From: a virus
Virus record (IMG/VR): IMGVR_UViG_3300047494_000263
Location: 11,426-75,425 of that record
Reading direction: 5' to 3' (one strand)
DNA: 64,000 nucleotides
Positions within the stretch are counted from its first letter, which is position 1, and each line of letters starts with the position of its first letter. Under the pieces are notes generated by a model. The model was not told where the DNA came from. It searched no databases and saw only the letters and a list, made by a program, of their open reading frames with translations. Below, piece by piece: positions 1-9,351 of the stretch. The position numbers and the translations under genes are program-made.

Positions 1-137
1 AGACATTCCGGCGATCAGCATGTGCGGATTCACAACGCGGATCGAATCCCACTCGACCGGATTCGATTGTCTTCCGCCAGCGACCGCCTCATTCCCAAAG
101 ACGTGCCTCATGGCATGCTCGGCATCGGTGTGGACAC

Positions 138-392
138 TTAGCGACGCTTGAGGATACTGCGATACCCGAGGACCAGGAAGAACACACCTTGAATCATCAG
201 TGGCCAACCGAGAAACCAAGGAAGGACGGTGCCAGTAAAGCCTATTGAGACCGTCCCAAGAAGCAAGACGCCGATCGATCGGATGCCTTCGAGTAGTTCG
301 ACCGGGCTTTGCTCTGCGGCGGGCGCCGCTTCCCCCGCGCGGGAGGGTTCTCGGCCGAAATCATTCGTCGTCGCGTTTGAATCTTGTGGCAT
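138..392 (-). CDS. small membrane protein (2 TM), hypothetical
   Basis: 84 aa ORF with two hydrophobic C-terminal segments and a basic tail. Confidence 0.5.
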   Translation of the reverse strand: MPQDSNATTNDFGREPSRAGEAAPAAEQSPVELLEGIRSIGVLLLGTVSIGFTGTVLPWFLGWPLMIQGVFFLVLGYRSILKRR

Positions 393-650
393 TGGGATGT
401 TTCCTGTCTGCCGAATTCTAGAAAGACGAAAGCGGCGAAATTAGCGTATACGATACTTCATACACGATCACAGGGCAAGCGACCGTTTCTGCCGGGTGTC
501 GTATTTGTAGCAGGCAGGAAGCCTGAGAGGGACAGGACCTTCTCGCCCTTCGACGGCCGGTGCAGGCTGACCCCACCCTCGAGCGGCGTGCCTCGCCTCA
601 GGCCAATGGTCGCGCCAGCGGGACGACCGTACCGCTACCAACGAAAGGAC

Positions 651-1064
651 TTAGGGCGCCCAATCAGCTGTAATCTCGGCCTGAATTGGGTCCGGGCTCT
701 CGTTGACATACATCGGAATGTCGCCGCGCGCGACGAAATCAACGGTAGCCTTCGGAGGGATGTATTTGATCGTGTCCGTCAACAGGCCACCGTTTCCTTT
801 GACGATACTGCCGTGACCATCTTGGCCCTGATACTTGCCCCAGATTCTGTAATTGATCACCACGTTGGCTACTGCTCGCGCATTCGGATTGTAGATGGAG
901 CCTTTGACCACTTTTGACTCACCGATCTCTAAGAGTTCGTCTTTGACGATTTGCAGTTTTGGTCGAGTCGCGCTACGCACTGGCTCGGTTCCGAGCAAGG
1001 CGGTAAATGAAACAAACGTCAGGGCGCGTAAAAACTTTCTTCGGCCAATATCAGCAAAATTCAT
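651..1064 (-). CDS. Tat-exported protein, FxLYD-like beta-sandwich domain
   Basis: Twin-arginine signal GRRKFL plus hydrophobic stretch; VKGSIYNP..VVINY..DGHG..IKYIPPKATVDF resembles FxLYD domains. Confidence 0.55.
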   Translation of the reverse strand: MNFADIGRRKFLRALTFVSFTALLGTEPVRSATRPKLQIVKDELLEIGESKVVKGSIYNPNARAVANVVINYRIWGKYQGQDGHGSIVKGNGGLLTDTIKYIPPKATVDFVARGDIPMYVNESPDPIQAEITADWAP

Positions 1065-1127
1065 GGGCAGCTTTCGTCAGAATGGAGAACGGTCTCGGTT
1101 TCCGGACTGCGGGGCTTTTTTTTTGCG

Positions 1128-1505
1128 TTAAGGCATGGCGCCTCCGGCGATGGCCGGGGAGTCTTGATCCGGCACCGGCCACGAGATCGAAGAATACTCT
1201 TTGAAGACTTTGATCTCGCCGCTTGGGAGCTCGATTTGGTAGGTGGGCGGGGTTGAATCGAAGAGAATTTTGGCGAATGAGAGCTTGCCGTGGAGAAGGC
1301 AGGCATCGTTGGGGCAATCCTTTAGCCTGACGGTGGCATGTGGCTGGTTCCAGGAGTACTTGCTAGAGACCTCCCATACCTCAAGGCGCACCACCAGGAG
1401 CAACACGAAGATCGTCAAGATCAGCCAAACCATATTGCCCGGCGTAAGCGAGCGCTTCCAGTTCGGTCCTGCCGCAGCCGGCAGGCTGGTCGTAAGTTCG
1501 GTCAT
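1128..1505 (-). CDS. single-TM hypothetical protein
   Basis: 125 aa ORF with N-terminal TM helix, co-oriented with neighbours. Confidence 0.55.
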   Translation of the reverse strand: MTELTTSLPAAAGPNWKRSLTPGNMVWLILTIFVLLLVVRLEVWEVSSKYSWNQPHATVRLKDCPNDACLLHGKLSFAKILFDSTPPTYQIELPSGEIKVFKEYSSISWPVPDQDSPAIAGGAMP

Positions 1506-1576
1506 GGCTGGCTCTTAGGGATCTCGATGTCGGAATTCTAGCGAAAGCGCAAGTGAACTGCTAACCGCAGCGGATC

Positions 1577-3952
1577 TCAAGGCGAGGCGGCGAGCGCCGC
1601 GCCGGCGTTCTTTTTTCTCGACTTCTTTGCTGGTTTCTCTGAGTCATGATCGGTCTTGGAGCCCAGCATCACGTTGCCCCGCGAGGCCTCGACTTCATCT
1701 AGATCGATGGTCAGCTCGACCTCCGGGTCAAAGAAAATCGTATCCGCCCAGTCCTTAACGCCCTCTGCGAAGCTTGGATTGAAGCACTCGATCGGAGCAA
1801 TGAACAAGTGCGGTGGAAGGCGGTTCATACCGCAGTCTTCGGCTCTGGCTGTCAATTTGCCGTAGTCGGGAAGGACGTCGTAGGTGTCTGTCAGGTAGAT
1901 GATCGAGGCGATATCCTTGCCGTGCAGAAGCTCTCCTGGACGCGTCATTTCGTAGAGGTTCTCAAGAGACGCTTGGAACGAGGTCCCGCCACGACCGCCA
2001 TACTCAATCCCTTTGGCCAGGAATTCGAGGTAGTTTGATTCATTGATGAAGACCGGCTCGCCCCGGGCGATCGTATCGGCAAAGGTGATAAAGATGTCTG
2101 GCGGCGAGCTCCCACCGGTGTTTCTGGCCATGTTGATCGCTTCGCTGACAAGCCGCTTGAGTTGCGCGTCGCTGACCGACCCAGATGTGTCGATCAGAAG
2201 CGGGATGGTGCGTCGCTTGGTGTCACCGGGCACGTAAGTCCCATTCATCGGGATGTCCAAGGCGGACGCGACGCCCAGGTCCTCCGGCTCCATTTGGCTG
2301 TAAATCCATGCCTCATCCGGATCGTAGCGGACCGTACTCGCAACGGCGTCTTCCATGATCTGCTTAATGGTCATCTTGAGCGTCAAGACCGGCTTGAAGA
2401 AGTCGTTCATGCGCGCCACGGCGTACTGCACCAGGTGGCCGCCGGGGATGCGGTTAGCACCGACCTTCTTTTCATCTTCCACGGCATCATTGATGGCGTT
2501 CGTGATGGATCCACGCGCTGCATTTTCCTCAGCCGTGATCTTGATCAGGTCGTCGAACCCTAGCTGCTTGACGGCCGTGTCCATGCCGGCCTGCTTGAGG
2601 ATTTGGGCAAGCTCTTCGGCCGACATCGAGTGCTCGTCACCTCGGTAGATATTAGCTGGGGGTGCAACACCATCAAGACCGGCTGTTTCTCGAAGTAAGT
2701 CGTCGGGAGATCCGTTGCCCCGGTTCAAGGTCTTATTGGCCTCGCGGGTGTCGATGATGCCGTTCTCGCACAGTCCTTTGCCCATGCGGGGCTTGAGCAG
2801 ATCCCGCAGGACCTCAACCAAAAGCATCGAGCGTTCAAGCGGTTTGAGTTGGTCGACATACAGGTCCCCGGTCAATGCTGTGATCGGGAGCTGTTCCATA
2901 TTCTCGTTATGCGCATGCATTTCGTCGGTTTCGACGACCTCGTAAATGGCGGTCAGGACGATGAGCACGTCTTTTTCCGTCATGCGCTTGAGATCCTCCG
3001 ATTCCAAAATCTTGAGCTGGGGGTTCAGCAGATCAATGACTTCGATCAGCCGATTGCTCAACTCAATCGCTCCATTGCGCTCGGCGATCGGCCATTTGGC
3101 CGAAATATCTCCTTTTTGTAGATCGCTCGCGTTTTCTTTCTCCCGTCTCTTATTGTTCTTTTCGGCGATACCCCGAATCGAGTCGTAATCCTGCATCACG
3201 GCATTGCATAGCGCGGCCAGCTTCGAATCAGGCGGCGGAGGCTTCGGCAAGTCTTTCTTCGCCTCTCGTTCCTTGATCATCTGCTCGGCGATGAATTCCT
3301 CAGCCTGGTTACCCCACTTTTTGTAGCCCTCGTAATTTTGTGCGACACCTATCGCTACGGCGGGGCACATGTTGTTGTAGTACTGGCGGACCGTGCTCAG
3401 GAATGTCTCTGACTCCCGGTCAGGCGTCTTGTAGTCTGCGCCGCCATGCCTCGCCAACTGTACCTCGCTGCCGATCTGCACGCAGTCGATATTGATACGG
3501 GCGTCTTGAGCGATATTGGCAGTCTCGGGATCGATGTTCATCATGCGGTTGCAATGCATTCTCCGCAGATGCTCTAACTCATGCCTAAATATGAAGAACA
3601 GACCGTCCCGACCGTCGAGTTGGCTTTTGATCAGCCTCTTCGCGAAATGCGCGGAGATGAACATGTGTCTGGTCGGCGTGACAAAGGCGGTGTCGACGCG
3701 GGCCCGGAGCTCCGGCAGGTCGTAGATCATGATAGGCACCGAGCCCATCATGTAGCCCAGCATGCCGTTCTCGGGATAGTCGATGCGCTTGCCGGTGGTC
3801 GGATCGACGTATGTCTTGATCCGGCAGAACTCTTCTTGCCACAGGCGCATATCCTCGTCGAGGTGCGCATGGTTGTTGTTCAGCTTGCGATTGCGGTTGA
3901 ACAGGCGAGCAACCGCCCCGTCCGTATCCATTTTTTCGGCTGTCTTGCTCAT
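1577..3952 (-). CDS. HExxH metallopeptidase-like + vWA domain protein (DUF2201-type)
   Basis: FRHELEHLRRMH..ANIAQDARIN; C-terminal vWA motifs LIDTSGSVS, GRGGTSF, YLTD. Confidence 0.85.
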   Translation of the reverse strand: MSKTAEKMDTDGAVARLFNRNRKLNNNHAHLDEDMRLWQEEFCRIKTYVDPTTGKRIDYPENGMLGYMMGSVPIMIYDLPELRARVDTAFVTPTRHMFISAHFAKRLIKSQLDGRDGLFFIFRHELEHLRRMHCNRMMNIDPETANIAQDARINIDCVQIGSEVQLARHGGADYKTPDRESETFLSTVRQYYNNMCPAVAIGVAQNYEGYKKWGNQAEEFIAEQMIKEREAKKDLPKPPPPDSKLAALCNAVMQDYDSIRGIAEKNNKRREKENASDLQKGDISAKWPIAERNGAIELSNRLIEVIDLLNPQLKILESEDLKRMTEKDVLIVLTAIYEVVETDEMHAHNENMEQLPITALTGDLYVDQLKPLERSMLLVEVLRDLLKPRMGKGLCENGIIDTREANKTLNRGNGSPDDLLRETAGLDGVAPPANIYRGDEHSMSAEELAQILKQAGMDTAVKQLGFDDLIKITAEENAARGSITNAINDAVEDEKKVGANRIPGGHLVQYAVARMNDFFKPVLTLKMTIKQIMEDAVASTVRYDPDEAWIYSQMEPEDLGVASALDIPMNGTYVPGDTKRRTIPLLIDTSGSVSDAQLKRLVSEAINMARNTGGSSPPDIFITFADTIARGEPVFINESNYLEFLAKGIEYGGRGGTSFQASLENLYEMTRPGELLHGKDIASIIYLTDTYDVLPDYGKLTARAEDCGMNRLPPHLFIAPIECFNPSFAEGVKDWADTIFFDPEVELTIDLDEVEASRGNVMLGSKTDHDSEKPAKKSRKKNAGAALAASP

Positions 3953-4171
3953 GAGTCCTATCCTAACGCGAACGAATGCTGCGGTGCGGGGAATGCCGAA
4001 TCTTGTTCACCTGGCGCGACGGAGCAGGAGCCCGGGGAATGGAGGTTCGCGTCGATCTTGTGTCGATGGTGAATGAGATATAATATATACCGCATCAGCC
4101 AGTGCTTCCAGTCGAAAAATTACGCGCGGCCACCAGAATGTCTCGGCGGCCGTAGAAAACCAGGTGAGAAA

Positions 4172-4726
4172 ATGAAATTCCGGACCCTCAAAGGCGCGCG
4201 ACACCTCGTCATAAGCATATCGGCAGTCGTTATCGGTTTCGCAAGCATGAGTCTTGCGTTAGCGAATATGGGTAGGGTGGCGCCCGGCCCGGCATCGATT
4301 AACACTGTCCCGCTTGGCGTATCGCGTATGCAGGTCCAGCAGGCGATGCACCTTCAGCATTGCTACAAGGATGAAGCGGGCGATGAGGTGTGTCGTGCAG
4401 TCCAATCTACCTTTGGCCCCCACCCCCGCGGTGGGGCGAAGGCGGGTATGACGATCCTTAATGGGCCTTACCTAGTTTTTCGCGACGGTTCCCTGATCCA
4501 GTTTCATATCGATCTGCTGCATGACGGCGACTACGCCAAGATCGCGTCGTACGGGGAGGCGAATTACGGTTCGGCGGCGCTTGTTGCGACGCATGGGGGC
4601 CGCGAGACTCGTATTTGGCATGTTGGCACTTCGACCTGCATTGCCAAAGACGAGGGTGAGCGGGTGGCCACATTCGATTGCAGTCTCGATGCCGCGGTTG
4701 TCCCTCCGATCGATAACAGCTACTGA
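4172..4726 (+). CDS. exported/membrane-anchored hypothetical protein, probable paralog of 22433..23023
   Basis: N-terminal hydrophobic segment, paired Cys; start chosen at ATG 4172. Confidence 0.6.
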   Translation: MKFRTLKGARHLVISISAVVIGFASMSLALANMGRVAPGPASINTVPLGVSRMQVQQAMHLQHCYKDEAGDEVCRAVQSTFGPHPRGGAKAGMTILNGPYLVFRDGSLIQFHIDLLHDGDYAKIASYGEANYGSAALVATHGGRETRIWHVGTSTCIAKDEGERVATFDCSLDAAVVPPIDNSY

Positions 4727-4745
4727 TCACATAAGGAGAACGAAA

Positions 4746-4952
4746 ATGTCCAGCAAGTCTGCGGGAGGGTCGGTGGCCAGTGAGGCTGTTATTGAGCGCT
4801 CGTCGGGTGAGCGGGCCGAAATGCTCGAGTCGTTCTCCAACGTCGCTTCGGTCCTTGTGGTCGTTACGCTCATCAGCTATGGAGTGAGGCTCGCCGAAGG
4901 CTTTGACCCGGTAAGCCCACTTATCTACATGTTTCACGCCTACATTCGGTAA
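4746..4952 (+). CDS. small membrane protein
   Basis: AGGAG RBS before ATG 4746; TM segment; stop overlaps next ATG. Confidence 0.55.
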   Translation: MSSKSAGGSVASEAVIERSSGERAEMLESFSNVASVLVVVTLISYGVRLAEGFDPVSPLIYMFHAYIR

Positions 4953-5401
4953 TGGAAAACTTTGATCAAGAGGCGCTCGTTTTCCACGTCACGCTCAGGG
5001 AAAACCTTGATTCAGTTCGTCTTCATGGTTTGATCCCCCATCTGGGTGATCGTGCCGGACTGGCCGGTGAAAGTGCTCCAAGCGTGTTTCTCTATCCGAC
5101 TCGAGAAGATCTCGATCGCGACATGCTCAAGGCCTTCGGTCAGCATTTTTCTCCGGAAGCCGATCTAGTATTTCTCGAAATCGCCATTCCTGACGGCTTG
5201 ATGACGCTTGAGGATGAGCGAGACGGTGTACAGATCTGGTCCGTCGTGGACACCATACCGTTTGAATGCGTTCGCGAGATCTACGATCAAACGTGGATGC
5301 CTGACTCATTTGATACCCCAGCGCCAGCGCCAATGCAGCACCCCTTGCCGCCTGTATTTGGCGTCGTCAGTGAATTCGGCATCCAAGCGTTCAAACCGTA
5401 G
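4952..5401 (+). CDS. putative ADP-ribosyltransferase-fold (Tpt1/DarT-like) protein
   Basis: FHVT..NLDSVRLHGLIP followed by VFLY and LEI..P strand pattern typical of small ART-fold proteins. Confidence 0.5.
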   Translation: MENFDQEALVFHVTLRENLDSVRLHGLIPHLGDRAGLAGESAPSVFLYPTREDLDRDMLKAFGQHFSPEADLVFLEIAIPDGLMTLEDERDGVQIWSVVDTIPFECVREIYDQTWMPDSFDTPAPAPMQHPLPPVFGVVSEFGIQAFKP

Positions 5402-5421
5402 CCACCTTTAGCTATCACATC

Positions 5422-5766
5422 ATGTTCTGGGACCTTGCCTCGCCGATCTGGTTCTGCATGATGAAGTACGCCACCATGAAAGGTCGCGCTGACCGTGCCG
5501 AGTACTGGGCGTTCTCAACTTTCGTATTTGTCGTCACGCTGATTCTCGGCGAGATCAACTGGTTCCTCGCTCTGGTGTTCACGGTGGCCACACTGATGCC
5601 GTCCCTGGCGGTGTCCGTACGCCGGCTTCACGACACGAATCGGAGCGGATGGCTCCTGCTGCTGTTCATCGTTCCGTTCGTCAACCTGGTCCTGCTGCTC
5701 TTCCTGGCCCAGCGCAGTGTGGATCCGAACTCATTTGGTCGGCGTCCCAGGCCGATGGAGTATTGA
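5422..5766 (+). CDS. DUF805 (YhaH-like) inner membrane protein
   Basis: KYATMKGRADRAEYW, PSLAVSVRRLHDTNRSGW, N.FG motifs. Confidence 0.9.
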   Translation: MFWDLASPIWFCMMKYATMKGRADRAEYWAFSTFVFVVTLILGEINWFLALVFTVATLMPSLAVSVRRLHDTNRSGWLLLLFIVPFVNLVLLLFLAQRSVDPNSFGRRPRPMEY

Positions 5767-5852
5767 ATGCTCCGACTCATCGCTCCGACGGCCGGGCTGC
5801 GCCCCCTCCGCGGCGAGCTTTCTTAGAGCCGACGCGACTCGCCGCCTAGATC

Positions 5853-6293
5853 ATGGAACTGCCACCATCGATTCTGCAGGGCATTGCTGCCTTGGAGGAG
5901 TTGGTTGCGTGCCACGACCTGAAGAAACGCTCCGCGCGCGCCATGGCGCCAGAGAGAGGGCGCGCCAATCCAGAGTTGTCCCAGCGCCTCGATCGCGAGC
6001 TGAGGCGGCGCGGACCATTGGCCTGGAATGACGCGCGCGATGCGCTCGCCGCGCTCAGGAAGGCGGACGTCTTGGATGTCGAGCCTAAACCGGAAGACGG
6101 AGCGGTTGCCATGTGCCTGTCGTGTGTGGCCTGTTTCAAGGTCGCCGGGGTGAGACCGTTGCGTGCGCCTCTCTGTGCGGTGTGCAAGAGCGCAGGATGT
6201 CCGCGCGCAAGAGACCATCGATACGCATGTACAGGGGACGAAAAAAGCACACCCCACGGATTGTCGCGCACATGGCCTGATAACGAGGCGTAA
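5853..6293 (+). CDS. hypothetical protein with C-terminal Cys/His cluster
   Basis: CLSCVAC..CAVCKSAGCPRA.DHRYAC. Confidence 0.55.
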   Translation: MELPPSILQGIAALEELVACHDLKKRSARAMAPERGRANPELSQRLDRELRRRGPLAWNDARDALAALRKADVLDVEPKPEDGAVAMCLSCVACFKVAGVRPLRAPLCAVCKSAGCPRARDHRYACTGDEKSTPHGLSRTWPDNEA

Positions 6294-6324
6294 CCCCTGG
6301 GCCGGAGTGCCTAGACGGCAACCG

Positions 6325-6810
6325 TCAAAGGTACTCGTTCAGAAAGTCGGCGTGCAGCGAAAAACAGAGCTCGAGAGTTGGCTCCCACATTAGGATTTCG
6401 CTGACTTCTTCATTGGGTGCGAACATTTTCAGAGCGTCCTCAAACCTCATGGGATTGGTGTCCAAGCGGTGCTGCAAGAACAGGAGCAACTGGTTGCGCG
6501 GGGTGATCTTGGAGCATACAAGCCGCCAGTTCGAGGGGTCGGTCAGAATTCCACACTCTTCGTGGAATTCCCTTGCAACCGCGATCTCGGCCGTCTCTCC
6601 CTCGTTGACAAAGCCACCAGGAAGGGCGATCCCACCTATTGGGGCATTCGCCCGCCTGATCATAAGCGGCGATATGCGGCTAGGTCGCCCGGACTCCTGC
6701 TCAGCATTCCCTTCGACAGGGAATGCGCCCACGGCGACTGGAATTGGATTTCTCCAATCGGTGATAGTGGCCTTTGGCTCCAGGATATGGCGGGGAACGT
6801 CGTCAAGCAT
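6325..6810 (-). CDS. NUDIX hydrolase
   Basis: WRNPIPVAV; Nudix box GGFVNEGETAEIAVAREFHEECG; LCFSLH; start chosen at ATG 6810. Confidence 0.9.
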   Translation of the reverse strand: MLDDVPRHILEPKATITDWRNPIPVAVGAFPVEGNAEQESGRPSRISPLMIRRANAPIGGIALPGGFVNEGETAEIAVAREFHEECGILTDPSNWRLVCSKITPRNQLLLFLQHRLDTNPMRFEDALKMFAPNEEVSEILMWEPTLELCFSLHADFLNEYL

Positions 6811-7084
6811 GTTGCTGCCTTTTTGAGAAGTCTGCCGTAATTTGTCGTTCGACTGATCTGCGAGAGTTCCCGTAGTACCTCGTAGCCCGGCGCAATGTCT
6901 TCTTGCCGCAGAATCGGCAGACGCAATCTTCAACGGCGCTCCACTGGCCATTGGGCTTGGCGTCGTGCCCATTCACGGCGTAAGGCACTGTCCACGTGAC
7001 TATCCAGCTATGCCGCTGGTGTCCAGTGGCGCAGGCGCCATTTCCAAATCCGCGGGGTGGCGCAGTCATTCGTGGTTCTAGCGC

Positions 7085-7564
7085 CTAGCCTTGCGCGTTA
7101 TCCATGGCGGCCGTGAGCACCCAAGGAGACACCAGCGCCGCTGCAGCGACGGCCGTGCCGAGAAACATTGAGAGACACGCGATAACCTGGTACCCATTGA
7201 ATTCATCGAGTCGAGCCAGGAAAAGCATTGCGGCTGTCTCGCATGCGAAGAGCACAATCCAGCCGAAGAATCGTACGAGCAGCAGCGTGACGGCCAATTG
7301 GGAAGAGTCAGCGCGTCGCATAACAACCGACATGACGTGCGCCCAACAGACGGCGGCGAACGCCAAGCAGTAGACGGTAACGAAACCCCAGAAATGCCCC
7401 CCTAGGCTAAGAATTGTCATGATCACGGCCCCTATCGCGTCGGCGTTTTCGAAGACAATTGCGAGTAATCCCACAGCGGCCATCGCAGCAAGTGTGATCG
7501 AGCCCGCATAGAGTGCGCATTTGCGCGCCACCGTGCGCAAGCGATAGCGATCAGAGGGGTCCAT
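7085..7564 (-). CDS. multi-pass membrane protein, hypothetical
   Basis: About four hydrophobic helices; overlaps upstream gene. Confidence 0.6.
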   Translation of the reverse strand: MDPSDRYRLRTVARKCALYAGSITLAAMAAVGLLAIVFENADAIGAVIMTILSLGGHFWGFVTVYCLAFAAVCWAHVMSVVMRRADSSQLAVTLLLVRFFGWIVLFACETAAMLFLARLDEFNGYQVIACLSMFLGTAVAAAALVSPWVLTAAMDNAQG

Positions 7565-8048
7565 TTAATTCTCCAGAGTGTGCGATTGGGATAGCCGTTC
7601 CATTGCAAAAGCTTGTTGCTGAGCACCAGACTTTCCAAGCGGAGTATACGAAAGCGTTGTAAGGATAAGCGAACTCGCCGAGATCGTCGTGAACCTTAGG
7701 GCCGTCGATCGTCCACACGATCTTGCAACCCTCTGGAATTCGCATCGTAAGCGAGAAGGCGTCTCGCTCATCTTGTTGGACGAAGGCGCCTCTACTGGCC
7801 ATGAGTTGGCCTTCCTTCGTGATCATGTAGAGGAACCGCCTGCCCGAGCCATCCCTATACGCTTTGGCAGCAAACCCCTGTCGCACGAGCGCACTCAGAT
7901 TTTTCGTCTTCTCTTTGACGCTTGGAAGATCCTGAGAGGACAGTCCCTGACAAAGATGTTCGTCGAGGCTCGCGACAGCCAGGCAGTCGAGCAAGGTTTG
8001 TTGCTCACCTGCCGACAGCATTTGCTGGATCGATCGGAACATCTTCAC
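7551..8048 (-). CDS. hypothetical protein
   Basis: 165 aa ORF with a 4-nt overlap to the dNMP kinase gene. Confidence 0.6.
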   Translation of the reverse strand: MKMFRSIQQMLSAGEQQTLLDCLAVASLDEHLCQGLSSQDLPSVKEKTKNLSALVRQGFAAKAYRDGSGRRFLYMITKEGQLMASRGAFVQQDERDAFSLTMRIPEGCKIVWTIDGPKVHDDLGEFAYPYNAFVYSAWKVWCSATSFCNGTAIPIAHSGELNGPL

Positions 8049-9181
8049 GCCGCGACCCTTAGTAAAGAGGCGGCTTCGCTCACCGTCAGGTTGTTGAGGA
8101 TCGTCACGCCACGCGTTTTCTTCAAAATGGCAGCGCGGTTTTCAGGAGTGACAGGAAGTTCCGTGCCCCAGCGCCGGATACGACCCGCGGCCGTGATACC
8201 AACGAAGCAATTACCCTTGAGGATGCGGCACGCCTCCTCGTGACAGAAGTGGTCGCGCGCCATGCTACGCAAGTGGGATTGCATTGAAGGAAAGGCGCCG
8301 GCCGTATCCGCGGGCGTCGAGCGATCGCCGAGATAGGCCTCGTAAAAGTCGTTCAAAGACCGATGAAACTTCGCCTCTTCGGGGGTGCCCTTGGCTAGAT
8401 AGGAGTTGCCAGAGCCATAGATCGCCATCGGAACCTTTTTCCGATTTGAATCAACCCAGGAAAGCATCACGGCTCCACGGCCCGCGTCTAGTATCGTGGC
8501 GACCTGCCTGCCATCCCGATATAGATTGGCTCGGTAACCCAAATTTATGTCATTTCCTCTCGTTGGTGTCAGATCGGCCACCGTATAGTGGGGCTGCGGC
8601 GTCCGTGTGCCAAAGCTGCCGGGGAATGCCTTGGCGAGCTTGTTGAACAGGTCTGCAGGTGTCCCGTCATTGTTGAGCGCCAAGTCAACCTTGACCCGGC
8701 CCATGAGCGTCTCGCTGATGTGGTTAGGGAATTTTGACTTCGGTCCATTTGGCCGCCTGACTCGGACCACCGTGGCCCCAAGAATGCGCACGGCTTGCAA
8801 CTCGTTTGGGAACCGAACGTCGTCACAGACGACGTTGTGGCCCGCGGCCAGGTGCTTCTTGACAGTAGCGAGCCAGACGTTGGCCCAAAGGTCCGGGTGA
8901 ATGGTGTCTCGGCCCCAATCGGTGCCAAGTGACCGCTGCGCATGACGTGAGGTCTGTCCGCCCAGGATCTCGAGCGGCACCTCCTTCTCATCGCCGTCGA
9001 CCTGAGCATCCGTCAAACCAAGGACTTTGAGCATCTCCTTGACCGGACCACCGAACCGGACGCGCTTCCAACCACGCGCTTCCAGCTGCTTGGCCAGGGT
9101 GGTTTTTCCCGCGAAGGCCTTGCCGAGTATCCCAATTACCGCCGGTCGGGCGGGAGGCGAATCCGAGTCTTTCAGAGCCAT
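8045..9181 (-). CDS. phage-type deoxynucleoside monophosphate kinase fused to unknown C-terminal domain
   Basis: VIGILGKAFAGKTT P-loop, RFGGPVKEML, Q.LGTDWGRD..HPDLW, VVCDDVRFPNE, HISE; about 180 extra C-terminal residues. Confidence 0.85.
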   Translation of the reverse strand: MALKDSDSPPARPAVIGILGKAFAGKTTLAKQLEARGWKRVRFGGPVKEMLKVLGLTDAQVDGDEKEVPLEILGGQTSRHAQRSLGTDWGRDTIHPDLWANVWLATVKKHLAAGHNVVCDDVRFPNELQAVRILGATVVRVRRPNGPKSKFPNHISETLMGRVKVDLALNNDGTPADLFNKLAKAFPGSFGTRTPQPHYTVADLTPTRGNDINLGYRANLYRDGRQVATILDAGRGAVMLSWVDSNRKKVPMAIYGSGNSYLAKGTPEEAKFHRSLNDFYEAYLGDRSTPADTAGAFPSMQSHLRSMARDHFCHEEACRILKGNCFVGITAAGRIRRWGTELPVTPENRAAILKKTRGVTILNNLTVSEAASLLRVAA

Positions 9182-9351
9182 TGCACATCCTGTCCGTTTG
9201 ATCGAAAACAAGATATCTAATGCACGCCTGGAGTTCAAGTGGTCTTAATGGTGCTCTGTGCTGCCGGTTTCCTGTTTTCATTAAACAATCGAAGGGCTCC
9301 CATTTATACTTATCGTTTGATGACCGCGCAGAGCGCGCTGACGGACGCTTG

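Noticed and set aside
1100-1127. GCGGGGC followed by a T9 run, resembling an intrinsic terminator
   Set aside because: No complementary upstream arm was found to form the hairpin
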